DNA of 40,023 bases from an uncultured Candidatus Saccharibacteria bacterium (lineage in GTDB: Bacteria; Patescibacteriota; Minisyncoccia; UBA6257; JAKLIH01): assembly GCA_964350215.1 (NCBI GenBank), contig CAYGJE010000001.1:1-40023 (forward strand), read 5' to 3'. Shown here piece after piece: positions 18,470 to 25,625 of the stretch (position 1 is its first letter; every line of letters begins with the position of its first letter). Below the pieces are notes generated by a model. The model had not been told where the DNA came from and searched no databases. It was given only the letters and a program-made list of their open reading frames with translations. A program made the translations under genes and the position numbers.

Positions 18470-18710
18470 AAAACCCCGCCGGTGCGGGGGTCCAGCTAAA
18501 TATAGCTGGGGGTAAAATCTAGTTCTTAGGACCTTCCATCTATCCCTGCTAAATTATTTTCTAAATTTGCTAGATGTTTAGGTCTTCCCAAATTAATAGA
18601 TTTTAAATCAAAATACCCTGATCTCCTGACAGGCCTGGAAGACATCATCCCTTGGTAAAGAGCAAAGTTCGCCAAAGCGCCCAGCATAAAGCTGGGCTCT
18701 TTTTTATTTT
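18470..18710. ncRNA. unclassified structured RNA candidate (about 220 nt), strand unresolved
   Basis: No ORF in the region. Bounded by two GC hairpins: CCCCGCC-ggt-GCGGGGG at the left and GCCCAGC-ataa-GCTGGGC at the right. Contains a long composite helix 18512-18605 (TAAAATCTA/TAGATTTTA, AGGACC/GGTCTT, CATCTA/TAGATG, GC-AAATT/AATTT-GC). Confidence 0.45.
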
Positions 18711-18742
18711 TTATTTAAATTCATAAAAAAGTCAATATATCG

Positions 18743-18789
18743 TGAATTGGGTGTGTTTTATAGGGGTAATTCAAGATTTTTGTGATAAA
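18743..18789. repeat. 47-bp direct repeat, right-hand partner at 20423..20469
   Basis: TGAATTGGGTGTGTTTTATAGGGGTAATTCA[a/c]GATTTTTGTGATAAA, 46/47 identical, exactly 1680 bp apart. Confidence 0.92.
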
Positions 18790-18808
18790 TATTTAATGAT
18801 GATGTTTT

Positions 18809-19642
18809 TTAGCTTTCAACCAAGTATTGCTGAACCATTTGTTTATAATGGTCACAATAATTTTCAATAAAAGCTCCGTCTTCGAAAAGCGGCATTAAAT
18901 CTTCTTTGAGATATTTGGTATTAATTTTTTGGACCAAATCGTTTAATTTTGAGTACAATTCTTCTAAGCTGTCAATTTTTAAAGTGTCTTTGATAAATTC
19001 CATATTAGGAATAATTCCTTTTTGCAAATATCAAAGAAGATCAAAATAATCTCTACCTTTAAAATTATAATTGGCATCGTCGCCTTTAAAATATTTACGT
19101 GTAAAAATTGCACAGATTTTGGAGGCCATTAGTGTTTCCAAATCATAGTTTCTGATTATGAAGTTAAAACCCAAGGCCGAGACGGAGGTTAAGTCAGTTT
19201 TGTAAGTCCCGGAAATCGCGTCTGATATTTCGAGCTTGACATAAAGCTTGTCAGAATCGTTTTCATCAGCGATTCCCAATTCTTTTAAAATTGGAAATTT
19301 AAAATATATTTTTTCATACTGGCCTGAAATAGAATATTCTAAATTGTCAACTAAAAATTTTTGTTTAAAGTATTTTAAAATATCTTCTGCTAGATCTTTT
19401 TTGTTTATATCCTTGCCCTGTTCAGTGTCCATGTCAATATCCTCAGACAATCTATTCAATCCGTAGCAAACGCGCAAAGCGCTTCCGCCAATAAAAATCA
19501 AGTGCCTGCCGTATTCAGAATTATATAAAAAATTCAAAAAATAATATTGAAGATGTTGCTTCAAAAGATTACGAATTACTTCTTTAGGAACATCATCCTC
19601 AAGCTTGTTAGCGACAATTGTTTTTAATTCTTGTATAATCAT
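18809..19642 (-). CDS. abiEii: AbiEii-type nucleotidyltransferase toxin (277 aa, 1 in-frame TGA)
   Basis: LIFIGGSALR..YGL.RLSEDIDM NTase motif. ORFs 19031..19642 and 18809..19027 are joined by TGA 19031-19033 (..GRDYFDLL-W-YLQKG..). Confidence 0.8.
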
Positions 19643-19648
19643 AGCTTT

Positions 19649-20287
19649 TTATTTATAAATGCTTTTTTTTAAAATACTCGCGATACGTTTCATTTTTTTT
19701 GATTTTGATTGCAAGCAATAGTCATAAAATAAATTAAAATCATCTTTTGAAAAGTTTTCCCAGTTAATGCGTAAATCTTCTAAAATTTCTTGCTTCAACT
19801 TGTTGCTAATATTTTTTTTAAGATATAAATAATCAAAAACTGCTTTTGATTTGTTGGCCTCAAAATAAACATTGGAAAGATATCTTTTTTCGCTATAACC
19901 AAAATAAAAATCTTTTTTTATAGAATAATAGATGAAGGATCCTAAAAAATTCTGATATTGTTTTCTAGTTTTTAATGTAACAGAAGTAATGCCATATATG
20001 GCTTCAGTGAGTAAATTATACTTTTGCATAACATATTCCTTGCTCAGATACGAAGGGCTCTTCAGTTGGCTAGCGACATATTCTCTCAACCCATCTTTGT
20101 CTTTTGATCTAACATAAAAATCATTAGACATGTAAAGTCCATTTTTAAGCTTTAAAATACTACCTGTTTTAAAGGCATATTTAATCTGAGCGTTTAATGT
20201 ATTAATTTTCCCTTTAAAATATATCGCTATATTTTGCTTGGAAAATAAAGGCATATTTTTTATAATCTCTTCTACGTTTTTTCCCAT
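19649..20287 (-). CDS. abiEi: AbiEi-family antitoxin / transcriptional regulator
   Basis: Lies 6 nt upstream of abiEii. The segment S.EY....Y.L..E.IYGITSVT....R.....G.F.Y..IK...Y.GY is typical of AbiEi_4-like proteins. Confidence 0.7.
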   Translation of the reverse strand: MGKNVEEIIKNMPLFSKQNIAIYFKGKINTLNAQIKYAFKTGSILKLKNGLYMSNDFYVRSKDKDGLREYVASQLKSPSYLSKEYVMQKYNLLTEAIYGITSVTLKTRKQYQNFLGSFIYYSIKKDFYFGYSEKRYLSNVYFEANKSKAVFDYLYLKKNISNKLKQEILEDLRINWENFSKDDFNLFYDYCLQSKSKKMKRIASILKKSIYK

Positions 20288-20318
20288 TTGATTTAGTTTT
20301 AGTATACTTTATATACTA

Positions 20319-20347
20319 ATTCTACATTAAAAAGTAATAAAAGTCAA
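20319..20347 (-). promoter_or_regulatory. abiEi promoter GGGTATTGACT-17-TAGAAT with downstream 8-bp inverted repeat
   Basis: TTGACT (20342-20347), 17-nt spacer, TAGAAT (20319-20324). TTAGTATA-cttta-TATACTAA at 20299-20319 lies between the -10 and the ATG. Confidence 0.65.
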
Positions 20348-20422
20348 TACCCTACCCCGAGGAAGAGACATCTTGGGCAAAGCTATTCATTTTGCAAAAC
20401 ATGTCTGTTTGCCCAAAAAACT

Positions 20423-20469
20423 TGAATTGGGTGTGTTTTATAGGGGTAATTCACGATTTTTGTGATAAA
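20423..20469. repeat. 47-bp direct repeat, partner of 18743..18789
   Basis: See 18743..18789. Confidence 0.92.
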
Positions 20470-20470
20470 C

Positions 20471-20494
20471 AAAAAGGGCGTTTAAGGTACGCCC
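20471..20494 (-). terminator. intrinsic terminator after CDS 20501..20857
   Basis: GGGCGT-n7-ACGCCC, followed by TTTTT on the minus strand, starting 7 nt after the TGA. Confidence 0.75.
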
Positions 20495-20500
20495 AAAACC

Positions 20501-20857
20501 TCAGTTGATTATGGCTTTTTCTAGTGGCCCATCTCGGTAAAAAGTAGAAGTTTGATGGTCAGGACGAGTTTCTTTTGGTTCAATCGTTGCCAAAACATGA
20601 TCATATGAAAATATTGCTTTGAACTCCTGTAATTTTTCTCCCAGCTTTTGGCGAAAGTCCTCAGTTGGGTTTATGCCCGCCAACGAACTCTCAAGCAATT
20701 CGAGTTCCCGTTCAAATTCTGTAAACGGTTTGTCAAAAAAAGGTATTTTAGCAAATTCGTCTATCTTTTGGTTTGCCAGGTCAAAAAGATATCTATCCAT
20801 ATTTTCATTTGCTACCATTTCTTTGATCTCTTCTATAGAACAATCAAAATCGTTCAT
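20501..20857 (-). CDS. hypothetical acidic protein (118 aa if TGA is a stop, 139 aa ending at TAA 20438 if TGA is read as Trp)
   Basis: GGAGGTG Shine-Dalgarno site 5 nt before the ATG. The ORF ends in TGA immediately before a terminator hairpin. No internal TGA or TGG. Confidence 0.6.
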   Translation of the reverse strand: MNDFDCSIEEIKEMVANENMDRYLFDLANQKIDEFAKIPFFDKPFTEFERELELLESSLAGINPTEDFRQKLGEKLQEFKAIFSYDHVLATIEPKETRPDHQTSTFYRDGPLEKAIIN

Positions 20858-20886
20858 ACTTCACCTCCTCTCAATATGCTGATTAT

Positions 20887-20915
20887 ATTATAGCATAATT
20901 TCACAATAAATGCAC
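20887..20915 (-). promoter_or_regulatory. promoter GTGCAT-17-TATAAT for CDS 20501..20857
   Basis: Hexamers read on the minus strand. Confidence 0.5.
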
Positions 20916-21082
20916 CTCGCGCTTATAAATAATTTTAGTATAGTTTTTGTTTGTTGTCGGTGGTTATTCCATGCACAAAATATGTTATTTTTATGGACAT
21001 GAGTATTGTTAATAATATTAATTTTATTAAAATAATTATTTTTAGCCCTTAATACTGCACAAAAGTTTTCCACAGAAAACTA

Positions 21083-21110
21083 TTGCTTTTTCTGTAATTT
21101 GTGGTATAAT
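21083..21110 (+). promoter_or_regulatory. plus-strand promoter TATTGCTT-16-TGgTATAAT (extended -10)
   Basis: TTGCTT 21083-21088, TGG 21102-21104, TATAAT 21105-21110. Confidence 0.6.
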
Positions 21111-21117
21111 AATAATA

Positions 21118-21190
21118 GGTACTTGTGAGGGCTTTGGCTCTCCCACGGTTCAAGGAAATACCATAAACCGTAGACAGGTGCCGTTTTTAT
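21118..21190 (+). ncRNA. about 70-nt three-way-junction small RNA candidate
   Basis: Predicted TSS at G21118. P1 GGTACTTGT/ACAGGTGCC is 9 bp with 2 G-U pairs that would be A-C mismatches on the other strand. P2 GAGGGC-tttg-GCTCTC, P3 ACGGTT-n15-AACCGT, then GTTTTTATT. Confidence 0.5.
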
Positions 21191-21702
21191 TGATTTTCTA
21201 AATCTCCCTCGTGGAGATTTTTTATTTTATTTCCCGACGAGTCCCTTTTTGGCTTTCAAAAAGGTATAATGCTTCAAAAATAGCACTCCCCTCCCACTAT
21301 TCTTTTGACTATAATTTTTATTCTAACTCCCTTTATTACTGCAACAAAGCCATAATATTGGACGCCTACAAATTTTCTTTCTCAGCGTGAATTTATTCGT
21401 TGTCGTTCAAAAGATTTTGTTTCATAAATTTCTTGTAAAGTGTGCGATTCTTTGATTATTTTTGGAGCGAGTTCGAGCAATCTCAATCTAACATATTGCT
21501 CTTTTAATGGCCTTGCCTTGTTCCATCCGTGAAGTTTTATATGATCCAATCCTTTTGCATTAAAAGAAACCTCCTCTTTTAAATAAGGACAATAAACCTG
21601 CCCAATTGTTTTGTAAAAATTTTGAGCAGATTCTTTTGCTTTTTTGAATTTTTCTGTTTCATTAAAGTTCATCATCATAGCTTCTAACGGAGTATTTGTC
21701 AT
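21187..21702 (-). CDS. putative toxin partner of the Panacea-domain antitoxin (171 aa, 3 in-frame TGA), family not recognised
   Basis: ORF 21382..21702 continues through TGA to the TAA at 21187 (..RINSR-W-ERKFVGVQYYGFVAVIKGVRIKIIVKRIVGGECYF-W-SIIPF-W-KPK..). Its start overlaps the upstream gene by 41 nt. Confidence 0.6.
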
Positions 21703-22441
21703 CTCGATAAAAAACGCTTTCGTAGTTTATAGGTTCGCCATCTTTATACGCTTTTCAAGGTATGTCGCCGTGCGAATAATCGGTCATTTCTTTGGCATTT
21801 TTGTTTGAAAGACGATCCAAAACTTCGTCTATATGGGATAATTCCTGAGCATTCAAAACGAGCAGATTTGGATCCCTGAGCGCGATAAACTTTTTTTGCT
21901 CATAATCAAAAACTTTATTAAAAACGGCGAGTATTTCTTTGTTTTTCTCCATTTCTTTGAGAATTATTTTCAATTCACAGGGTGTGGGGCCATAATGGTT
22001 CTTGATGTATGTGGCTCCAATCAATTGCTTTTCGTATTTTTCATAGTAGTCAAAGTCAATAAAATACAGCAGCTTGTTAATAACGCTTTCACCTACATTT
22101 GGCTTGTTGCCTACTTTAACTAGAATATATAGAAAAACCTCTTTGAGCTTTTCTATGTTCTTTTGAGGGACATTAATCCGCATATCTTCTTCTGTCTTTT
22201 TGATGCTTTTGGTTTTTTTGACTTCAATATCAATTTTAAATTCTTTTTTGGCAATTAAATTGTTGACCGGTATTTGGAAAATACCAGCTAATTTTTCTAG
22301 TTCTTTATATGTTAAATCTTTTTTGCCTGATTCAACTTTTTCATAGGTTGGCCTGGACATACCCAGTTTGCTTGCTATAAAAGCTTTTGATAGATTGTGA
22401 CTCAATCTAGTTTTTTTGATAAATTCATTGATCATATTCAA
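21662..22441 (-). CDS. XRE-type HTH fused to DUF4065/Panacea (SocA-like) antitoxin domain (259 aa, 1 in-frame TGA)
   Basis: N-terminal HTH (LSKAFIASKLGMSRPTYEKVESGKKDLTYKELEKLA). C-terminal NKLLYFIDFDYY...G.TYIKNHYGP.P.....L..M and ..YSHGDIP-W-KAY.. Confidence 0.7.
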
Positions 22442-22459
22442 AAATTAGCTATTGACTAT

Positions 22460-22488
22460 ATTTTAGCAAATGTAAAATATTTTGTCAA
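22460..22488 (-). promoter_or_regulatory. promoter TATTGACA-17-TAAAAT
   Basis: TTGACA 22483-22488 and TAAAAT 22460-22465, 18 nt before the ATG. Confidence 0.65.
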
Positions 22489-22506
22489 TAGTCGTTGTAA
22501 AGATTT

Positions 22507-22923
22507 TTACCAATCTTTTGGGTTGGTTTTGCGGCTTTGTTTCTTTTGGGATTTTTCTTTTTTGACTTTTAGACGTTTTTCTTGGCTTGATCTGGTGGGC
22601 CTGGTTTTCTTTCTTGGCTTTTGTTCTTGAAGGGCTTCGTGGATTAGCAAGTATAGCTTTTGGATGACCCCTTGCCTGTTTTTGGATTGCTCTCGATATT
22701 CTTCGGCTTCTAGAATCAAAAACCCTTCTTTATTGATTTTGTTTTTTAAGCGTGCTTTGATCTTGTGCTTTTGGAAATCAGAAAATATCAATGAATTGTT
22801 GATGTTTCATTTGAGCTGGACTTTGGATGATACTTTGTTGACGTTTTGACCTCCGCTGCCAGATGATCTAACAAAGTTTAGCTCTATTTCGTCCTCAATG
22901 ATTGAGTGATTGATATTTGGCAT
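22507..22923 (-). CDS. arfB: ribosome rescue peptidyl-tRNA hydrolase ArfB (138 aa, 1 in-frame TGA)
   Basis: Hand-translated N-terminus MPNINHSIIEDEIELNFVRSSGSGGQNVNKVSSKVQLK-W-NI.. contains the GGQ motif. Basic C-terminal tail ..RKKTRPTRSSQEKRLKVKK... Confidence 0.85.
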
Positions 22924-22946
22924 TTGTTTATGGTGTTATTTTGTTT

Positions 22947-22989
22947 TATATATTGTAGCATAAAAGTTTTAAATTTTGTAATTAAGTTG
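22947..22989 (-). promoter_or_regulatory. 43-bp repeated promoter region (copy upstream of arfB)
   Basis: 42/43 identical to 24005..24047. Minus strand contains TTACAA-18-TACAAT. Confidence 0.6.
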
Positions 22990-22993
22990 ATTT

Positions 22994-23986
22994 TTATTTA
23001 ATTAAATTGATTATTAAGTTAATCATAACCTCCTTCTCTTCTGGACCACTGACTGACACTAAAAGAATTAGAGTTACTAAGGTGTTTTCTGAAATTTTAA
23101 GTTCATGGTTTTTGTCAAACAAAAAATTGTTTTTGTTTAGAAAGTATACAAAAAGAATAGCTGCAATCTTTTTGTTGCCATCGACAAAAGGATGTCCCTT
23201 GACGGCTAAATACAATAAATTGGCGGCTTTTTCTTCTACGGTCTTGTATAATTCCTTTTTATCAAAAGTTTGATGAATTGCCCCAATAATTCCCCTTAAT
23301 TTTTCCTCTTTGTTTTGAACTCCAAACAGATCAGTCAGTTCGTTGTTTTTATTCAACTGTTCTCTCATGCCGTTGATCACATCCAAACATTCTTCGTAGC
23401 TTAAAGAAGTTTTGTTTTTGTTCTTGGCTGTGTTTTTTAAAGACCTGAAGTCGTATTGACCTAGAATAGTCAATGATTTGGTGTATCTTTGGATAATATC
23501 AACTAATTCTTTTTCTTGGCCAATTAATATTGGCGTCTTGATCTTGTTATATATCAAGCTAACTGTGTCTTGCAGTTTTAAAATTTCTTTCTTCTGCTGC
23601 TCTAATAATCTTTTTTCGTTTAAAACATATCCTTTTAATAAATATTGTTTTAATGTTTTGGTGGCTCAAATACGAAAAGCCGTGCCAGCTTTGGATTTGA
23701 CTCTGTAGCCAACAGAAATAATGACGTCGAGATTGTAGTAAAGAGTGGGTTTTTTAGCAAATTCGGAATTTCCGAATTTCTTAATTGTCTGTATTTTATT
23801 TAACTCCCTTTCGGCGTATATATTTTGAATGTGTTCGTTAATGGTCGCCCTTGCTTTACCAAATAGCTGAGACATCTGTTCCTGACTTAGCCAAACGGTG
23901 TTTTTATCAATATCCACTTTGATCTGAATATTGTTGTTTTTGTCTTTATACAAAACTAATTTTTTGTTGTCGTCTTTTTTTGCCAT
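22994..23986 (-). CDS. RhuM-family N-terminal domain fused to Fic/Doc domain (330 aa, 1 in-frame TGA)
   Basis: ORFs 23666..23986 and 22994..23557 are in the same frame. TGA gives ..GTAFRI-W-ATKTLKQYLLKGY.., matching the conserved RhuM FR.WAT motif. Fic motif HPFVDGNKKIAA. Confidence 0.85.
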
Positions 23987-24004
23987 TATTGGTTTTTAGT
24001 TTAT

Positions 24005-24047
24005 TATATATTGTAGCACAAAAGTTTTAAATTTTGTAATTAAGTTG
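24005..24047 (-). promoter_or_regulatory. 43-bp repeated promoter region (copy upstream of the RhuM-Fic gene)
   Basis: See 22947..22989. Confidence 0.6.
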
Positions 24048-24145
24048 GTTTAGTTTTCCACAGTGGGTATTGACTTTTTTATAATCATTTGACAATATAT
24101 AGACACTAAACACAGGGGTGGACGTTTCGCATGTCCATCCCGCTT

Positions 24146-25375
24146 CTATTTGAGTAACCAATTTCTAAAAGAAACAATGTTGACAATTTTACCGTTAATT
24201 TTTTCTATTCTATCGGTGTCAGGAGTAATTATTAATAAATTATCACAACTCAATTCATTACTAGCTTGCAATAAAGCATTTATCTCTCTTTCTTCGGTCC
24301 GCTTACTAGAAATATCAAAGCAAACCTGTATTAATTGGTGAATTTTGTGAATATCTTTTAAAACAAAATCTATCTCTTTGTTGTTTTTTGTTTTATAATA
24401 AAACAAGTATGAATTGGGAGCATAGCCCTGTTTTGTCAACTCAGTGAACACTAAATTTTCAAAAAATAATCCGTTGCTAGGAGAGTTAAATAAATTTTTG
24501 TATGACAAAATGCCATTATCAACAACATATAATTTTTTAGCAGATTTCAAATGGTTGGAAGTTTTAAAGCTAAAGCCAGATAGCAAATAAAACAAGTAGC
24601 AATTTTGAATATAGCTTAAATATCTTTTTAGAGTACGGAAACTAGTTAGTTCACAGGTTTCTCCCATTTTTTTATAGTTCACAATATTGCAAGTGTTGGC
24701 AATTAAATATGCTATCATTAACTCAATTTTTTCTGGATCTTTTACTCGATAGCGTCTAGTGATATCTTTATATAGAATAGAAGACACTAAATTGTCTATG
24801 TATGACACCAAATCAACATCTTTAACTACAACCTCAGGAAAACCACCTTGCTTAAGAAATTTACTTAGCAAATCTGTTTGATTGTTAAACTTTGTATATT
24901 CAGAATAATTAAATGGTAATATTTCTAAAGTTCGATATCTGCCAGTTAAAGAGCTGGCAAATTCGGTACTTAATAAATTAGAGTTGGATCCTGTTATAAA
25001 AACATTGTAACCTTCGCGTTGTAGTTTGTTTAAATACAAATCCCAGCTTGGTAAATTTTGTATTTCGTCAAACAAAATAGCATTGGTTTTGCCATAAACT
25101 TCTTCTAAGGCATCAGTAAACTCATTCTTGTTTGATATATTCTGCAATAATTCTTCGTCGTCAAAATTGGCATACATAAAATCAATCCCCTGCAACAGGA
25201 GAAACAAAAAAGTTGATTTCCCGGCCCTGCGAGGCCCGGTAATAATCTTAATCAGTCCTGGCTTTAGCAGTTCTTCTTTTTCGTTTAATTGATCACGCAA
25301 AACAAAATCAGATGGCAAAAAGGCATCTTTTCGTGTTTTTTGTCTTTTTATTATATTTATCAATTCTTGGTTCAT
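24146..25375 (-). CDS. AAA-type ATPase with DUF4143-like C-terminal domain (409 aa)
   Basis: Walker A GPRRAGKST and Walker B ILFDEIQ. Overall layout matches AAA_14 plus DUF4143 proteins. TAG stop. Trp encoded as TGG. Confidence 0.75.
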   Translation of the reverse strand: MNQELINIIKRQKTRKDAFLPSDFVLRDQLNEKEELLKPGLIKIITGPRRAGKSTFLFLLLQGIDFMYANFDDEELLQNISNKNEFTDALEEVYGKTNAILFDEIQNLPSWDLYLNKLQREGYNVFITGSNSNLLSTEFASSLTGRYRTLEILPFNYSEYTKFNNQTDLLSKFLKQGGFPEVVVKDVDLVSYIDNLVSSILYKDITRRYRVKDPEKIELMIAYLIANTCNIVNYKKMGETCELTSFRTLKRYLSYIQNCYLFYLLSGFSFKTSNHLKSAKKLYVVDNGILSYKNLFNSPSNGLFFENLVFTELTKQGYAPNSYLFYYKTKNNKEIDFVLKDIHKIHQLIQVCFDISSKRTEEREINALLQASNELSCDNLLIITPDTDRIEKINGKIVNIVSFRNWLLK

Positions 25376-25443
25376 GGCTTGGTTTTATTGTGTTTTTGCT
25401 CTAAATGTCAATAGTTTAGTATCTTGTATTGTTATATAGAGTA

Positions 25444-25472
25444 ATATTAGCAATTATTATTGTTTTTGTCAA
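25444..25472 (-). promoter_or_regulatory. promoter TATTGACA-17-TAATAT upstream of the ATPase gene
   Basis: TTGACA 25467-25472 and TAATAT 25444-25449. Two further TATTGACA boxes lie at 25407 and 25513. Confidence 0.55.
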
Positions 25473-25625
25473 TAGACCGTAGAAATAATAACGTATTATT
25501 CCTTGCCCTCCTTGTCAATATGCTGGTATTTTCAGCATACTGAATTCTCTTTAAATTGTTAGCGTTTACTTAATAATTGAGTTTTTATTAAGCCCCTTCT
25601 TTGTATATATCCTGCCATAAAAAAA

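Noticed and set aside
18470-18710. The structured region as SRP RNA (CTGACAGGCCTGGAAGACATCATCC resembles the domain IV GGAA tetraloop region) or as a TPP riboswitch (ACCCTGATCT resembles ACCTGATCTGG).
   Set aside because: The residues flanking the GGAA cannot form the helix 8 pairs. There is no CUGAGA or GCCAGCG element for TPP. The similarity is too short to call.
20888-21073. 61-aa minus-strand ORF in the AT-rich spacer.
   Set aside because: Asn/Ile/Lys-rich low-complexity translation, with no promoter or Shine-Dalgarno site. It lies upstream of and overlapping the promoter region of gene 20501..20857.
21118-21186. The three-way-junction RNA as a hammerhead ribozyme, purine riboswitch or tRNA-like element.
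   Set aside because: The junction strands are 0-2 nt. There is no CUGAUGA/GAAA core, no purine-riboswitch J1/2, J2/3 or loop-loop motifs, only two arms, and no downstream plus-strand gene to regulate.
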